NCBI GenBank assembly: GCA_964016885.1
Contig: OZ024742.1
Span: 54,994,001 to 55,058,000 of the forward strand
DNA from: Eledone cirrhosa
Lineage: Eukaryota
Direction of reading: 5' to 3'
Length of the DNA stretch: 64,000 nucleotides
The translations under genes and the position numbers were made by a program. The notes under the pieces were generated by a model. It saw only the letters and a program-made list of their open reading frames with translations. It had not been told where the DNA came from and ran no database searches. Below are positions 1-15,379 of the stretch, in pieces. The stretch's first letter is position 1; each line of letters begins with the position of its first letter.

Positions 1-3000
1 CTTGTCTAATGCCATGTGCGTTTTTCACCGCTAGTTGACTCCTCTGCCGCCAGGAAAAAACTCGTTGATAACGTAAATTCCGTTCCACTTACTCTAGTAG
101 GCTTTTATATTTATATGTGAGCTGATAGAGTACAGTCTAAGGATTTACAGAAACCCATGAAGCTAGATTTAACACCTTTCTAGTGGGTCCGGGTATGATT
201 TTACATTCATTTAAATTATTGACGTATTGTTTTATTGATATTTTTTATCTGTTTGGCCCGAATCTTCCTTTATCGATTTTAAATCGTATGGTTGATTGTA
301 GACTTGTTCTATATGTGACGGTATTTTAACGATAGTTATAGCTCTGATTCATCTGAATTATTGAGCCCTCTGCCGCTCATATCGAATTTCGTTTATCGTG
401 AACTCGTGCGCCGATTTTTCGATACTCGATCTTTCTAATATATTTAGCTCTGGACATAGCTATCCACCAGTTAATTTTATTGCTCATTTTTTGTCGATTC
501 TATTGAGTGATGAATAGCTTTTGTTTTATTTTAACATGTCTATTGAGCACTCTAATTCGATATGTGTATTTCCACATTCACTCGAATTGTTTTCGCGGAT
601 ATAGGGGTCATCTCCCTTGTCTAATGCCATGTGCGTTTTTCACCGCTAGTTGACTCCTCTGCCGCCAGGAAAAAACTCGTTGATAACGTAAATTCCGTTC
701 CACTTACTCTAGTAGGCTTTTATATTTATATGTGAGCTGATAGAGTACAGTCTAAGGATTTACAGAAACCCATGAAGCTAGATTTAACACCTTTCTAGTG
801 GGTCCGGGTATGATTTTACATTCATTTAAATTATTGACGTATTGTTTTATTGATATTTTTTATCTGTTTGGCCCGAATCTTCCTTTATCGATTTTGAATC
901 GTATGGTTGATTGTAGACTTGTTCTATATGTGACGGTATTTTAACGATAGTTATAGCTCTGATTCATCTGAATTATTGAGCCCTCTGCCGCTCATATCGA
1001 ATTTCGTTTATCGTGAACTCGTGCGCCGATTTTTCGATACTCGATCTTTCTAATATATTTAGCTCTGGACATAGCTATCCACCAGTTAATTTTATTGCTC
1101 ATTTTTTGTCGATTCTATTGAGTGATGAATAGCTTTTGTTTTATTTTAACATGTCTATTGAGCACTCTAATTCGATATGTGTATTTCCACATTCACTCGA
1201 ATTGTTTTCGCGGATATAGGGGTCATCTCCCTTGTCTAATGCCATGTGCGTTTTTCACCGCTAGTTGACTCCTCTGCCGCCAGGAAAAAACTCGTTGATA
1301 ACGTAAATTCCGTTCCACTTACTCTAGTAGGCTTTTATATTTATATGTGAGCTGATAGAGTACAGTCTAAGGATTTACAGAAACCCATGAAGCTAGATTT
1401 AACACCTTTCTAGTGGGTCCGGGTATGATTTTACATTCATTTAAATTATTGACGTATTGTTTTATTGATATTTTTTATCTGTTTGGCCCGAATCTTCCTT
1501 TATCGATTTTAAATCGTATGGTTGATTGTAGACTTGTTCTATATGTGACGGTATTTTAACGATAGTTATAGCTCTGATTCATCTGAATTATTGAGCCCTC
1601 TGCCGCTCATATCGAATTTCGTTTATCGTGAACTCGTGCGCCGATTTTTCGATACTCGATCTTTCTAATATATTTAGCTCTGGACATAGCTATCCACCAG
1701 TTAATTTTATTGCTCATTTTTTGTCGATTCTATTGAGTGATGAATAGCTTTTGTTTTATTTTAACATGTCTATTGAGCACTCTAATTCGATATGTGTATT
1801 TCCACATTCACTCGAATTGTTTTCGCGGATATAGGGGTCATCTCCCTTGTCTAATGCCATGTGCGTTTTTCACCGCTAGTTGACTCCTCTGCCGCCAGGA
1901 AAAAACTCGTTGATAACGTAAATTCCGTTCCACTTACTCTAGTAGGCTTTTATATTTATATGTGAGCTGATAGAGTACAGTCTAAGGATTTACAGAAACC
2001 CATGAAGCTAGATTTAACACCTTTCTAGTGGGTCCGGGTATGATTTTACATTCATTTAAATTATTGACGTATTGTTTTATTGATATTTTTTATCTGTTTG
2101 GCCCGAATCTTCCTTTATCGATTTTAAATCGTATGGTTGATTGTAGACTTGTTCTATATGTGACGGTATTTTAACGATAGTTATAGCTCTGATTCATCTG
2201 AATTATTGAGCCCTCTGCCGCTCATATCGAATTTCGTTTATCGTGAACTCGTGCGCCGATTTTTCGATACTCGATCTTTCTAATATATTTAGCTCTGGAC
2301 ATAGCTATCCACCAGTTAATTTTATTGCTCATTTTTTGTCGATTCTATTGAGTGATGAATAGCTTTTGTTTTATTTTAACATGTCTATTGAGCACTCTAA
2401 TTCGATATGTGTATTTCCACATTCACTCGAATTGTTTTCGCGGATATAGGGGTCATCTCCCTTGTCTAATGCCATGTGCGTTTTTCACCGCTAGTTGACT
2501 CCTCTGCCGCCAGGAAAAAACTCGTTGATAACGTAAATTCCGTTCCACTTACTCTAGTAGGCTTTTATATTTATATGTGAGCTGATAGAGTACAGTCTAA
2601 GGATTTACAGAAACCCATGAAGCTAGATTTAACACCTTTCTAGTGGGTCCGGGTATGATTTTACATTCATTTAAATTATTGACGTATTGTTTTATTGATA
2701 TTTTTTATCTGTTTGGCCCGAATCTTCCTTTATCGATTTTAAATCGTATGGTTGATTGTAGACTTGTTCTATATGTGACGGTATTTTAACGATAGTTATA
2801 GCTCTGATTCATCTGAATTATTGAGCCCTCTGCCGCTCATATCGAATTTCGTTTATCGTGAACTCGTGCGCCGATTTTTCGATACTCGATCTTTCTAATA
2901 TATTTAGCTCTGGACATAGCTATCCACCAGTTAATTTTATTGCTCATTTTTTGTCGATTCTATTGAGTGATGAATAGCTTTTGTTTTATTTTAACATGTC

Positions 3001-6000
3001 TATTGAGCACTCTAATTCGATATGTGTATTTCCACATTCACTCGAATTGTTTTCGCGGATATAGGGGTCATCTCCCTTGTCTAATGCCATGTGCGTTTTT
3101 CACCGCTAGTTGACTCCTCTGCCGCCAGGAAAAAACTCGTTGATAACGTAAATTCCGTTCCACTTACTCTAGTAGGCTTTTATATTTATATGTGAGCTGA
3201 TAGAGTACAGTCTAAGGATTTACAGAAACCCATGAAGCTAGATTTAACACCTTTCTAGTGGGTCCGGGTATGATTTTACATTCATTTAAATTATTGACGT
3301 ATTGTTTTATTGATAATTTTTATCTGTTTGGCCCGAATCTTCCTTTATCGATTTTAAATCGTATGGTTGATTGTAGACTTGTTCTATATGTGACGGTATT
3401 TTAACGATAGTTATAGCTCTGATTCATCTGAATTATTGAGCCCTCTGCCGCTCATATCGAATTTCGTTTATCGTGAACTCGTGCGCCGATTTTTCGATAC
3501 TCGATCTTTCTAATATATTTAGCTCTGGACATAGCTATCCACCAGTTAATTTTATTGCTCATTTTTTGTCGATTCTATTGAGTGATGAATAGCTTTTGTT
3601 TTATTTTAACATGTCTATTGAGCACTCTAATTCGATATGTGTATTTCCACATTCACTCGAATTGTTTTCGCGGATATAGGGGTCATCTCCCTTGTCTAAT
3701 GCCATGTGCGTTTTTCACCGCTAGTTGACTCCTCTGCCGCCAGGAAAAAACTCGTTGATAACGTAAATTCCGTTCCACTTACTCTAGTAGGCTTTTATAT
3801 TTATATGTGAGCTGATAGAGTACAGTCTAAGGATTTACAGAAACCCATGAAGCTAGATTTAACACCTTTCTAGTGGGTCCGGGTATGATTTTACATTCAT
3901 TTAAATTATTGACGTATTGTTTTATTGATATTTTTTATCTGTTTGGCCCGAATCTTCCTTTATCGATTTTAAATCGTATGGTTGATTGTAGACTTGTTCT
4001 ATATGTGACGGTATTTTAACGATAGTTATAGCTCTGATTCATCTGAATTATTGAGCCCTCTGCCGCTCATATCGAATTTCGTTTATCGTGAACTCGTGCG
4101 CCGATTTTTCGATACTCGATCTTTCTAATATATTTAGCTCTGGACATAGCTATCCACCAGTTAATTTTATTGCTCATTTTTTGTCGATTCTATTGAGTGA
4201 TGAATAGCTTTTGTTTTATTTTAACATGTCTATTGAGCACTCTAATTCGATATGTGTATTTCCACATTCACTCGAATTGTTTTCGCGGATATAGGGGTCA
4301 TCTCCCTTGTCTAATGCCATGTGCGTTTTTCACCGCTAGTTGACTCCTCTGCCGCCAGGAAAAAACTCGTTGATAACGTAAATTCCGTTCCACTTACTCT
4401 AGTAGGCTTTTATATTTATATGTGAGCTGATAGAGTACAGTCTAAGGATTTACAGAAACCCATGAAGCTAGATTTAACACCTTTCTAGTGGGTCCGGGTA
4501 TGATTTTACATTCATTTAAATTATTGACGTATTGTTTTATTGATATTTTTTATCTGTTTGGCCCGAATCTTCCTTTATCGATTTTAAATCGTATGGTTGA
4601 TTGTAGACTTGTTCTATATGTGACGGTATTTTAACGATAGTTATAGCTCTGATTCATCTGAATTATTGAGCCCTCTGCCGCTCATATCGAATTTCGTTTA
4701 TCGTGAACTCGTGCGCCGATTTTTCGATACTCGATCTTTCTAATATATTTAGCTCTGGACATAGCTATCCACCAGTTAATTTTATTGCTCATTTTTTGTC
4801 GATTCTATTGAGTGATGAATAGCTTTTGTTTTATTTTAACATGTCTATTGAGCACTCTAATTCGATATGTGTATTTCCACATTCACTCGAATTGTTTTCG
4901 CGGATATAGGGGTCATCTCCCTTGTCTAATGCCATGTGCGTTTTTCACCGCTAGTTGACTCCTCTGCCGCCAGGAAAAAACTCGTTGATAACGTAAATTC
5001 CGTTCCACTTACTCTAGTAGGCTTTTATATTTATATGTGAGCTGATAGAGTACAGTCTAAGGATTTACAGAAACCCATGAAGCTAGATTTAACACCTTTC
5101 TAGTGGGTCCGGGTATGATTTTACATTCATTTAAATTATTGACGTATTGTTTTATTGATATTTTTTATCTGTTTGGCCCGAATCTTCCTTTATCGATTTT
5201 AAATCGTATGGTTGATTGTAGACTTGTTCTATATGTGACGGTATTTTAACGATAGTTATAGCTCTGATTCATCTGAATTATTGAGCCCTCTGCCGCTCAT
5301 ATCGAATTTCGTTTATCGTGAACTCGTGCGCCGATTTTTCGATACTCGATCTTTCTAATATATTTAGCTCTGGACATAGCTATCCACCAGTTAATTTTAT
5401 TGCTCATTTTTTGTCGATTCTATTGAGTGATGAATAGCTTTTGTTTTATTTTAACATGTCTATTGAGCACTCTAATTCGATATGTGTATTTCCACATTCA
5501 CTCGAATTGTTTTCGCGGATATAGGGGTCATCTCCCTTGTCTAATGCCATGTGCGTTTTTCACCGCTAGTTGACTCCTCTGCCGCCAGGAAAAAACTCGT
5601 TGATAACGTAAATTCCGTTCCACTTACTCTAGTAGGCTTTTATATTTATATGTGAGCTGATAGAGTACAGTCTAAGGATTTACAGAAACCCATGAAGCTA
5701 GATTTAACACCTTTCTAGTGGGTCCGGGTATGATTTTACATTCATTTAAATTATTGACGTATTGTTTTATTGATATTTTTTATCTGTTTGGCCCGAATCT
5801 TCCTTTATCGATTTTAAATCGTATGGTTGATTGTAGACTTGTTCTATATGTGACGGTATTTTAACGATAGTTATAGCTCTGATTCATCTGAATTATTGAG
5901 CCCTCTGCCGCTCATATCGAATTTCGTTTATCGTGAACTCGTGCGCCGATTTTTCGATACTCGATCTTTCTAATATATTTAGCTCTGGACATAGCTATCC

Positions 6001-9000
6001 ACCAGTTAATTTTATTGCTCATTTTTTGTCGATTCTATTGAGTGATGAATAGCTTTTGTTTTATTTTAACATGTCTATTGAGCACTCTAATTCGATATGT
6101 GTATTTCCACATTCACTCGAATTGTTTTCGCGGATATAGGGGTCATCTCCCTTGTCTAATGCCATGTGCGTTTTTCACCGCTAGTTGACTCCTCTGCCGC
6201 CAGGAAAAAACTCGTTGATAACGTAAATTCCGTTCCACTTACTCTAGTAGGCTTTTATATTTATATGTGAGCTGATAGAGTACAGTCTAAGGATTTACAG
6301 AAACCCATGAAGCTAGATTTAACACCTTTCTAGTGGGTCCGGGTATGATTTTACATTCATTTAAATTATTGACGTATTGTTTTATTGATATTTTTTATCT
6401 GTTTGGCCCGAATCTTCCTTTATCGATTTTAAATCGTATGGTTGATTGTAGACTTGTTCTATATGTGACGGTATTTTAACGATAGTTATAGCTCTGATTC
6501 ATCTGAATTATTGAGCCCTCTGCCGCTCATATCGAATTTCGTTTATCGTGAACTCGTGCGCCGATTTTTCGATACTCGATCTTTCTAATATATTTAGCTC
6601 TGGACATAGCTATCCACCAGTTAATTTTATTGCTCATTTTTTGTCGATTCTATTGAGTGATGAATAGCTTTTGTTTTATTTTAACATGTCTATTGAGCAC
6701 TCTAATTCGATATGTGTATTTCCACATTCACTCGAATTGTTTTCGCGGATATAGGGGTCATCTCCCTTGTCTAATGCCATGTGCGTTTTTCACCGCTAGT
6801 TGACTCCTCTGCCGCCAGGAAAAAACTCGTTGATAACGTAAATTCCGTTCCACTTACTCTAGTAGGCTTTTATATTTATATGTGAGCTGATAGAGTACAG
6901 TCTAAGGATTTACAGAAACCCATGAAGCTAGATTTAACACCTTTCTAGTGGGTCCGGGTATGATTTTACATTCATTTAAATTATTGACGTATTGTTTTAT
7001 TGATATTTTTTATCTGTTTGGCCCGAATCTTCCTTTATCGATTTTAAATCGTATGGTTGATTGTAGACTTGTTCTATATGTGACGGTATTTTAACGATAG
7101 TTATAGCTCTGATTCATCTGAATTATTGAGCCCTCTGCCGCTCATATCGAATTTCGTTTATCGTGAACTCGTGCGCCGATTTTTCGATACTCGATCTTTC
7201 TAATATATTTAGCTCTGGACATAGCTATCCACCAGTTAATTTTATTGCTCATTTTTTGTCGATTCTATTGAGTGATGAATAGCTTTTGTTTTATTTTAAC
7301 ATGTCTATTGAGCACTCTAATTCGATATGTGTATTTCCACATTCACTCGAATTGTTTTCGCGGATATAGGGGTCATCTCCCTTGTCTAATGCCATGTGCG
7401 TTTTTCACCGCTAGTTGACTCCTCTGCCGCCAGGAAAAAACTCGTTGATAACGTAAATTCCGTTCCACTTACTCTAGTAGGCTTTTATATTTATATGTGA
7501 GCTGATAGAGTACAGTCTAAGGATTTACAGAAACCCATGAAGCTAGATTTAACACCTTTCTAGTGGGTCCGGGTATGATTTTACATTCATTTAAATTATT
7601 GACGTATTGTTTTATTGATATTTTTTATCTGTTTGGCCCGAATCTTCCTTTATCGATTTTAAATCGTATGGTTGATTGTAGACTTGTTCTATATGTGACG
7701 GTATTTTAACGATAGTTATAGCTCTGATTCATCTGAATTATTGAGCCCTCTGCCGCTCATATCGAATTTCGTTTATCGTGAACTCGTGCGCCGATTTTTC
7801 GATACTCGATCTTTCTAATATATTTAGCTCTGGACATAGCTATCCACCAGTTAATTTTATTGCTCATTTTTTGTCGATTCTATTGAGTGATGAATAGCTT
7901 TTGTTTTATTTTAACATGTCTATTGAGCACTCTAATTCGATATGTGTATTTCCACATTCACTCGAATTGTTTTCGCGGATATAGGGGTCATCTCCCTTGT
8001 CTAATGCCATGTGCGTTTTTCACCGCTAGTTGACTCCTCTGCCGCCAGGAAAAAACTCGTTGATAACGTAAATTCCGTTCCACTTACTCTAGTAGGCTTT
8101 TATATTTATATGTGAGCTGATAGAGTACAGTCTAAGGATTTACAGAAACCCATGAAGCTAGATTTAACACCTTTCTAGTGGGTCCGGGTATGATTTTACA
8201 TTCATTTAAATTATTGACGTATTGTTTTATTGATATTTTTTATCTGTTTGGCCCGAATCTTCCTTTATCGATTTTAAATCGTATGGTTGATTGTAGACTT
8301 GTTCTATATGTGACGGTATTTTAACGATAGTTATAGCTCTGATTCATCTGAATTATTGAGCCCTCTGCCGCTCATATCGAATTTCGTTTATCGTGAACTC
8401 GTGCGCCGATTTTTCGATACTCGATCTTTCTAATATATTTAGCTCTGGACATAGCTATCCACCAGTTAATTTTATTGCTCATTTTTTGTCGATTCTATTG
8501 AGTGATGAATAGCTTTTGTTTTATTTTAACATGTCTATTGAGCACTCTAATTCGATATGTGTATTTCCACATTCACTCGAATTGTTTTCGCGGATATAGG
8601 GGTCATCTCCCTTGTCTAATGCCATGTGCGTTTTTCACCGCTAGTTGACTCCTCTGCCGCCAGGAAAAAACTCGTTGATAACGTAAATTCCGTTCCACTT
8701 ACTCTAGTAGGCTTTTATATTTATATGTGAGCTGATAGAGTACAGTCTAAGGATTTACAGAAACCCATGAAGCTAGATTTAACACCTTTCTAGTGGGTCC
8801 GGGTATGATTTTACATTCATTTAAATTATTGACGTATTGTTTTATTGATATTTTTTATCTGTTTGGCCCGAATCTTCCTTTATCGATTTTAAATCGTATG
8901 GTTGATTGTAGACTTGTTCTATATGTGACGGTATTTTAACGATAGTTATAGCTCTGATTCATCTGAATTATTGAGCCCTCTGCCGCTCATATCGAATTTC

Positions 9001-9656
9001 GTTTATCGTGAACTCGTGCGCCGATTTTTCGATACTCGATCTTTCTAATATATTTAGCTCTGGACATAGCTATCCACCAGTTAATTTTATTGCTCATTTT
9101 TTGTCGATTCTATTGAGTGATGAATAGCTTTTGTTTTATTTTAACATGTCTATTGAGCACTCTAATTCGATATGTGTATTTCCACATTCACTCGAATTGT
9201 TTTCGCGGATATAGGGGTCATCTCCCTTGTCTAATGCCATGTGCGTTTTTCACCGCTAGTTGACTCCTCTGCCGCCAGGAAAAAACTCGTTGATAACGTA
9301 AATTCCGTTCCACTTACTCTAGTAGGCTTTTATATTTATATGTGAGCTGATAGAGTACAGTCTAAGGATTTACAGAAACCCATGAAGCTAGATTTAACAC
9401 CTTTCTAGTGGGTCCGGGTATGATTTTACATTCATTTAAATTATTGACGTATTGTTTTATTGATATTTTTTATCTGTTTGGCCCGAATCTTCCTTTATCG
9501 ATTTTAAATCGTATGGTTGATTGTAGACTTGTTCTATATGTGACGGTATTTTAACGATAGTTATAGCTCTGATTCATCTGAATTATTGAGCCCTCTGCCG
9601 CTCATATCGAATTTCGTTTATCGTGAACTCGTGCGCCGATTTTTCGATACTCGATC

Positions 9657-9668
<12 letters not shown>
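1..9668 (+). repeat. Tandem array of a 615-bp hammerhead-containing unit (retrozyme-like), about 15.7 copies, open at the left window edge
   Basis: cttgtctaat recurs at 1, 616, 1231 ... 9226. Only two single-base variants noticed by eye (896, 3316). No ORF of 60 aa or more inside the unit. The array stops at unit position 443 (taatatat) and runs into (TA)n. Confidence 0.97.
60..194 (+). ncRNA. Type I hammerhead ribozyme, U3-A8 core variant with long stem II (repeated every 615 bp, 16 copies)
   Basis: Stem I ACUCG(60-64)/CGGGU(190-194). Core UUGAUAA 65-71. Stem II GUAAAUUC(73-80)/GGAUUUAC(141-148), inner UACUCUA/UAGAGUA. GAAA 150-153. Stem III ACCCA/UGGGU, inner CUAGA/UCUAG. Cleavage triplet GUC 187-189. 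Confidence 0.8.
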
Positions 9669-11570
<1,902 letters not shown>

Positions 11571-11581
11571 AATAATCTACG

Positions 11582-14500
11582 CGAATATTCTATGTCTATA
11601 TTCACATATATATCGCTATTTCAGAGCATTTATTCCAATTTCTAATTTCTGCCGGACCGGCAACCGCTCTTTCAAACCAGTTCCTGTACACAGCTAAGTA
11701 TTCTATAAGTCTCTAGCTGTGTCATTCTCGATAAAAGCACTGGATATGTAGTCCTGATGATTTCTAACAAGAATGAAACGCGTAGATTACTTCCCTTGCT
11801 TTTATCGAGAATCTAATTGTAATACGTGACGTATTCTATTCTATAGCGATTAGGTCTTCAAAATGTTTATTATAAACATACAGAATATTCTCGAATATTC
11901 TATGTCTATATTCACATATATATCGCTATTTCAGAGCATTTATTCCAATTTCTAATTTCTGCCGGACCGGCAACCGCTCTTTCAAACCAGTTCCTGTACA
12001 CAGCTAAGTATTCTATAAGTCTCTAGCTGTGTCATTCTCGATAAAAGCACTGGATATGTAGTCCTGATGATTTCTAACAAGAATGAAACGCGTAGATTAC
12101 TTCCCTTGCTTTTATCGAGAATCTAATTGTAATACGTGACGTATTCTATTCTATAGCGATTAGGTCTTCAAAATGTTTATTATAAACATACAGAATATTC
12201 TCGAATATTCTATGTCTATATTCACATATATATCGCTATTTCAGAGCATTTATTCCAATTTCTAATTTCTGCCGGACCGGCAACCGCTCTTTCAAACCAG
12301 TTCCTGTACACAGCTAAGTATTCTATAAGTCTCTAGCTGTGTCATTCTCGATAAAAGCACTGGATATGTAGTCCTGATGATTTCTAACAAGAATGAAACG
12401 CGTAGATTACTTCCCTTGCTTTTATCGAGAATCTAATTGTAATACGTGACGTATTCTATTCTATAGCGATTAGGTCTTCAAAATGTTTATTATAAACATA
12501 CAGAATATTCTCGAATATTCTATGTCTATATTCACATATATATCGCTATTTCAGAGCATTTATTCCAATTTCTAATTTCTGCCGGACCGGCAACCGCTCT
12601 TTCAAACCAGTTCCTGTACACAGCTAAGTATTCTATAAGTCTCTAGCTGTGTCATTCTCGATAAAAGCACTGGATATGTAGTCCTGATGATTTCTAACAA
12701 GAATGAAACGCGTAGATTACTTCCCTTGCTTTTATCGAGAATCTAATTGTAATACGTGACGTATTCTATTCTATAGCGATTAGGTCTTCAAAATGTTTAT
12801 TATAAACATACAGAATATTCTCGAATATTCTATGTCTATATTCACATATATATCGCTATTTCAGAGCATTTATTCCAATTTCTAATTTCTGCCGGACCGG
12901 CAACCGCTCTTTCAAACCAGTTCCTGTACACAGCTAAGTATTCTATAAGTCTCTAGCTGTGTCATTCTCGATAAAAGCACTGGATATGTAGTCCTGATGA
13001 TTTCTAACAAGAATGAAACGCGTAGATTACTTCCCTTGCTTTTATCGAGAATCTAATTGTAATACGTGACGTATTCTATTCTATAGCGATTAGGTCTTCA
13101 AAATGTTTATTATAAACATACAGAATATTCTCGAATATTCTATGTCTATATTCACATATATATCGCTATTTCAGAGCATTTATTCCAATTTCTAATTTCT
13201 GCCGGACCGGCAACCGCTCTTTCAAACCAGTTCCTGTACACAGCTAAGTATTCTATAAGTCTCTAGCTGTGTCATTCTCGATAAAAGCACTGGATATGTA
13301 GTCCTGATGATTTCTAACAAGAATGAAACGCGTAGATTACTTCCCTTGCTTTTATCGAGAATCTAATTGTAATACGTGACGTATTCTATTCTATAGCGAT
13401 TAGGTCTTCAAAATGTTTATTATAAACATACAGAATATTCTCGAATATTCTATGTCTATATTCACATATATATCGCTATTTCAGAGCATTTATTCCAATT
13501 TCTAATTTCTGCCGGACCGGCAACCGCTCTTTCAAACCAGTTCCTGTACACAGCTAAGTATTCTATAAGTCTCTAGCTGTGTCATTCTCGATAAAAGCAC
13601 TGGATATGTAGTCCTGATGATTTCTAACAAGAATGAAACGCGTAGATTACTTCCCTTGCTTTTATCGAGAATCTAATTGTAATACGTGACGTATTCTATT
13701 CTATAGCGATTAGGTCTTCAAAATGTTTATTATAAACATACAGAATATTCTCGAATATTCTATGTCTATATTCACATATATATCGCTATTTCAGAGCATT
13801 TATTCCAATTTCTAATTTCTGCCGGACCGGCAACCGCTCTTTCAAACCAGTTCCTGTACACAGCTAAGTATTCTATAAGTCTCTAGCTGTGTCATTCTCG
13901 ATAAAAGCACTGGATATGTAGTCCTGATGATTTCTAACAAGAATGAAACGCGTAGATTACTTCCCTTGCTTTTATCGAGAATCTAATTGTAATACGTGAC
14001 GTATTCTATTCTATAGCGATTAGGTCTTCAAAATGTTTATTATAAACATACAGAATATTCTCGAATATTCTATGTCTATATTCACATATATATCGCTATT
14101 TCAGAGCATTTATTCCAATTTCTAATTTCTGCCGGACCGGCAACCGCTCTTTCAAACCAGTTCCTGTACACAGCTAAGTATTCTATAAGTCTCTAGCTGT
14201 GTCATTCTCGATAAAAGCACTGGATATGTAGTCCTGATGATTTCTAACAAGAATGAAACGCGTAGATTACTTCCCTTGCTTTTATCGAGAATCTAATTGT
14301 AATACGTGACGTATTCTATTCTATAGCGATTAGGTCTTCAAAATGTTTATTATAAACATACAGAATATTCTCGAATATTCTATGTCTATATTCACATATA
14401 TATCGCTATTTCAGAGCATTTATTCCAATTTCTAATTTCTGCCGGACCGGCAACCGCTCTTTCAAACCAGTTCCTGTACACAGCTAAGTATTCTATAAGT

Positions 14501-15322
14501 CTCTAGCTGTGTCATTCTCGATAAAAGCACTGGATATGTAGTCCTGATGATTTCTAACAAGAATGAAACGCGTAGATTACTTCCCTTGCTTTTATCGAGA
14601 ATCTAATTGTAATACGTGACGTATTCTATTCTATAGCGATTAGGTCTTCAAAATGTTTATTATAAACATACAGAATATTCTCGAATATTCTATGTCTATA
14701 TTCACATATATATCGCTATTTCAGAGCATTTATTCCAATTTCTAATTTCTGCCGGACCGGCAACCGCTCTTTCAAACCAGTTCCTGTACACAGCTAAGTA
14801 TTCTATAAGTCTCTAGCTGTGTCATTCTCGATAAAAGCACTGGATATGTAGTCCTGATGATTTCTAACAAGAATGAAACGCGTAGATTACTTCCCTTGCT
14901 TTTATCGAGAATCTAATTGTAATACGTGACGTATTCTATTCTATAGCGATTAGGTCTTCAAAATGTTTATTATAAACATACAGAATATTCTCGAATATTC
15001 TATGTCTATATTCACATATATATCGCTATTTCAGAGCATTTATTCCAATTTCTAATTTCTGCCGGACCGGCAACCGCTCTTTCAAACCAGTTCCTGTACA
15101 CAGCTAAGTATTCTATAAGTCTCTAGCTGTGTCATTCTCGATAAAAGCACTGGATATGTAGTCCTGATGATTTCTAACAAGAATGAAACGCGTAGATTAC
15201 TTCCCTTGCTTTTATCGAGAATCTAATTGTAATACGTGACGTATTCTATTCTATAGCGATTAGGTCTTCAAAATGTTTATTATAAACATACAGAATATTC
15301 TCGAATATTCTATGTCTATATT

Positions 15323-15333
<11 letters not shown>
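11582..15333 (+). repeat. 310-bp hammerhead-containing tandem array, inverted right arm (12.1 copies, ribozyme on the plus strand)
   Basis: Reverse complement of the left-arm unit. cgaatattctatg at 11582, 11892 ... 15302. Ends at ttcacatatatat and merges into (TA)n. Confidence 0.97.
11724..11812 (+). ncRNA. Type I hammerhead ribozyme with palindromic minimal stem III (17 complete copies across both arms)
   Basis: Stem I GUAGUC(11748-53)/GAUUAC(11785-90), extended by a perfect 16-bp AUUCUCGAUAAAAGCA/UGCUUUUAUCGAGAAU helix. Core CUGAUGA 11754-60. Stem II UUCU-aaca-AGAA. GAAA 11775-78. Stem III ACGCGU palindrome. Cleavage GUA after 11784. Confidence 0.9.

Positions 15334-15378
<45 letters not shown>

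Positions 15379-15379
<1 letters not shown>

Noticed and set aside
375-411. Minus-strand hammerhead look-alike in the 615 unit (CGCACGA-GUUcacgauaAAC-GAAA-UUCGAUA)
   Set aside because: The core lacks G5 and no stem I can be formed, so an ambisense ribozyme is not supported.
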